From Botryllus schlosseri (Eukaryota): a stretch of 64,000 bases of DNA. This document shows positions 62,001-64,000 of the stretch, piece after piece (positions within the stretch are counted from its first letter, which is position 1; each line of letters starts with the position of its first letter). The stretch is from the NCBI GenBank assembly GCA_051294905.1, contig CM119377.1:992001-1056000 (forward strand), given 5' to 3'. A model generated the notes under the pieces. It was given only the letters and a program-made list of their open reading frames with translations, was not told where the DNA came from and did not search any database. A program made the position numbers and the translations under genes.

Positions 62001-63640
62001 GCTTGTCCAGCGGCATATGCACATCATGCACTCATGGTATGCATATGCACTGATCGTGTGTGTGTGTATCATGAGTCGGTGTATATGCCGCAAAAACATC
62101 AAGGACAAAAATAAACAATGTCCTTTCCTTTTCCTATGCCCTGTTGATTCGTAGGCAAAGAAGTCATTGAAATATTAGGGGCGATGACATCAGTGGAACT
62201 GATACATAAACTTGGCAATTTCTAAGCTCTGCATATCTTTCATGACTCAAGTAGTGGGAAGGATGTATGATTTGGGTATTTAAAAAAATCATCTCAATTT
62301 CTGCTCGATTTGGATTTCAATCACTGTCACATTCTAGCCGTAGCAATAAGGAGAATGCATTCGAAATGGGGTTCGCGCCGCATTGTGAAGTTTTTCAGTA
62401 ACTGTGAATTTTAAATATTGTCGTTGCAGGTTGACAAACTCACATCCTACACACTGAAAGCGCACACAACTCTTATCAGGTGAGAACCTTGCTCTAAAAG
62501 AGTTTATATCTTATCCACATTCTTAAGTTTATAATAATCATAATTGTTGTAAAGAAGTTAACAAGTGTTTCCAAATGCTGGGGATTCTCAACATCCCAAC
62601 AAATGTCATTTAGTTCTCTAATCATTCTATATGCATTACACCAGAGGTCGCCAACTCAAAACGGGTCGCGGGCCAACTCTGATTTCTTATTAAGAAAGGA
62701 GCTCACAGTATGGAATTCTTTCTAGGGATGTAGTAAAAATACTTTTCGGAAGATCACAAGGCACCCAACTACTGACAGTGTGTCTGAAAATTGGTATCTC
62801 CATATGGAAAAGTTGCAGCAAACATGAACTCTGTTCAGTCATCTTGATATATTTCCTGATCATCTTGGTGATTAGAGTGAAATGCATGGGAAATGGTTCC
62901 ACCAAGATGCCGAAACAACAAAAGAAAGATATCAGGGTAGATGAGATGAACAATTGAACATATTATGGCAGACTATTGCTGAAACCTTTGGAGACACTGC
63001 ACTTGATTGCTTACAAACAAAAACCGCACAAGAAACTTTTCTGTTTCAAGATAAATTATTAATATTATATTCCAACTGTTTATTTTGAATTTACAATAGG
63101 TAGTTGACATAAAACTTATTGTATTCATACAATGTTATTTGAGTACTTAGGTAGAAACTCAAACATGTGATGTGAGTTTATTTATGTACATGATATCTGT
63201 GAAAGTCCCCAATTATGGTAAATGTAATACCCCTAAATATAATAATGTAGCTGTATTTTGATTTGAAACAGTCTTCAGTGTGTAAAATAACAGGTCAATT
63301 GAATTTCTGAAGTTCATGTAATTTCTGAGCCGTTTTTTTATCCAGCCCATACAGCCAGAATATGAGATTTTAGTCTAAATACCCCCATAGGTTATCTCCA
63401 AATCCAAAGTTAATTTGAAAAACCCAAATCATATTCGAAATCAGTGGTCTGCCTAAAATATATATTGACCAGTGTTATGCATACCTGCGATTTTCATCAT
63501 GTACTAGTATTGATATTTTGATTGATTTAGTCCTTTTGCGGGAATAATGACGATGGAAGAAGCAGAGGAGAGACTGAAAAAAGACACTGTTGAAACGGAG
63601 TCGTATCTCGTCAGATTTAGCGAAAGTCTTGCTGATAAAG
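41064..63640 (+). CDS. TKL-like protein kinase fused to an unknown middle region and a C-terminal EF-hand-SH2 (Cbl-TKB/Shk-like) module; at least 1008 codons, continues past the right edge
   Basis: Phase-compatible exons: 41064-41256, 41559-41784, 43087-43336, 43865-43945, 44296-44452, 48152-48270, 48333-48494, 49352-49430, 50098-50305, 50875-51083, 52707-52864, 53591-53710, 54903-55138, 56908-57007, 57085-57181, 57964-58070, 58669-58729, 59003-59085, 59188-59305, 60125-60225, 62430-62479, 63531-63640. Kinase motifs: VASGKFGEV, VAVK, SEI, HADLKPDNIL, DFG, DVYAFG, CCL..QRPTF. SH2: PFAGIMTMEEAEERL..SYLVRFSES. The joins at 51083-52707 and 55138-56908 are the least certain, so two genes remain possible. 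Confidence 0.75.
41559..48400 (+). CDS. Protein kinase domain (exons 2-7 of the kinase-SH2 gene), non-RD
   Basis: Subdomains I-XI are recognisable across exons 41559-41784, 43087-43336, 43865-43945, 44296-44452, 48152-48270 and the start of 48333-48494. Confidence 0.9.
42372..43003 (+). mobile_element. CAGGGTTGTAA-family MITE in kinase intron 2
   Basis: TIR CAGGGTTGTAA / TTACAATGCTG; TSD CCGATATC/CCAAAATC (6/8). It contains a LINE-tail fragment. Confidence 0.75.
45728..47979 (-). mobile_element. Second, degraded copy of the 3033-4053 hAT element
   Basis: Reverse-complement colinear with 3033-4053, TIR TAGGGCCATTT, TSD GTGATCAC/GTCATCAC. The transposase fragment is frameshifted. Confidence 0.88.
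46407..47734. mobile_element. Tc1/mariner-pogo-type non-autonomous element nested in the hAT copy
   Basis: Perfect 24-bp TIR CCGTAAACCGGGGTAACTTTGGAC, TA on both flanks, and internal inverted copies of the TIR core at about 46585-46626 and 47318-47368. Confidence 0.87.
48563..49279. mobile_element. hAT MITE carrying a nested CAGGGTTGTAA MITE (48830-49147)
   Basis: Outer TIR CAGTAGTTCCCAAC / GTTGGGAACCACTG with perfect TSD GTATATAC; inner TSD TGTTTAAG/TGTTTTAG. Confidence 0.87.
53962..54350. mobile_element. hAT MITE, TAGGGTTACCATA family
   Basis: Degenerate TIR; perfect TSD TATATACA. Confidence 0.8.
59188..63640 (+). CDS. EF-hand-like segment plus N-terminal half of an SH2 domain (Cbl-TKB/Shk-like)
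   Basis: Exons 59188-59305, 60125-60225, 62430-62479 and 63531-63640 translate to ..FIKRCLVGRSEYEAEEVSVQKFVWLTRCFGPF..VDKLTSYTLKAHTTLISPFAGIMTMEEAEERLKKDTVETESYLVRFSESLADK. The invariant SH2 betaB arginine is present. Confidence 0.82.
61370..62240 (-). mobile_element. LINE 3' fragment interrupted by a SINE head (about 61790-61890, plus strand)
   Basis: Homologous to 24830-25400 on both sides of the SINE head. Confidence 0.7.
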
Positions 63641-63865
63641 GTGACCTACTTCACTTTTTGTGTCTGTGAATGATCAGATCAAGTATAGAAATCGTTAAGC
63701 AGAATTACTTGCTTCAGAAAAACGTTTAGTCGTAGAATAGTGGTGCGTCGATGTTTCACTGCATAAACCAACAACCATTTTCTCTCCCAAACTCTTTAAA
63801 CCCGTTAAATAAAATGAATTGGATAAGGTGTTTTTCACACACTTGTTATATGCGTTGCATTAGAT

Positions 63866-64000
63866 CAGTGGTTCTCAATCTTTTTTTTTGCGGGCCCCTT
63901 TTGTAGCGCCACGACCCCTCCAGTTTTCGTGCAAAATTAGCTCAATTATCGTGCAACCGTCATCTGTCTCGTGCAAATATTGACTGTAGGCTAGTGTTAA
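63866..64000 (+). mobile_element. Left end of a hAT MITE (same family as 21943)
   Basis: CAGTGGTTCTCAA start and shared internal sequence; cut by the window edge. Confidence 0.7.

Noticed and set aside
62724-62937. Alternative SH2 exon containing GKWFHQD
   Set aside because: Flanking stops and incompatible splice phases; exons 62430-62479 and 63531-63640 join directly.

Overview
Eukaryotic, AT-rich, transposon-dense animal DNA with GT-AG introns, many of about 60 nt. An invertebrate chordate such as an ascidian is my best guess, but this is inference only. I reconstructed five protein-coding loci by hand from splice sites and reading-frame phase. (1) The 5' part (21 exons, about 1035 codons) of an outer-arm axonemal dynein heavy chain of the DNAH5/DNAH8 family, minus strand, running off the left edge. 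(2) An intronless GBA2 (GH116 non-lysosomal glucosylceramidase), plus strand, head-to-head with the dynein. (3) A small secreted protein, minus strand: signal peptide, furin site, loop-less C-type-lectin-like domain, then CUB. (4) An intronless LACC1/FAMIN, plus strand. (5) A multi-exon gene of at least 1000 aa directly downstream, plus strand, running off the right edge. It joins an atypical non-RD, APE-less TKL-like kinase, a long unrecognised middle region and a C-terminal Cbl/Shk-type EF-hand-SH2 module. This reversed kinase-then-SH2 architecture is the most interesting coding feature. The non-coding part holds several hAT-type MITE families with verifiable 8-bp target duplications, a tRNA-derived SINE, L2/CR1-group LINE 3' ends, minisatellites, a 3.6-kb foldback element with satellite-built arms, a 616-bp hairpin MITE and a 40-bp palindromic insertion with a 7-bp target duplication. 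No database searches were run; protein identifications rest on remembered family motifs.
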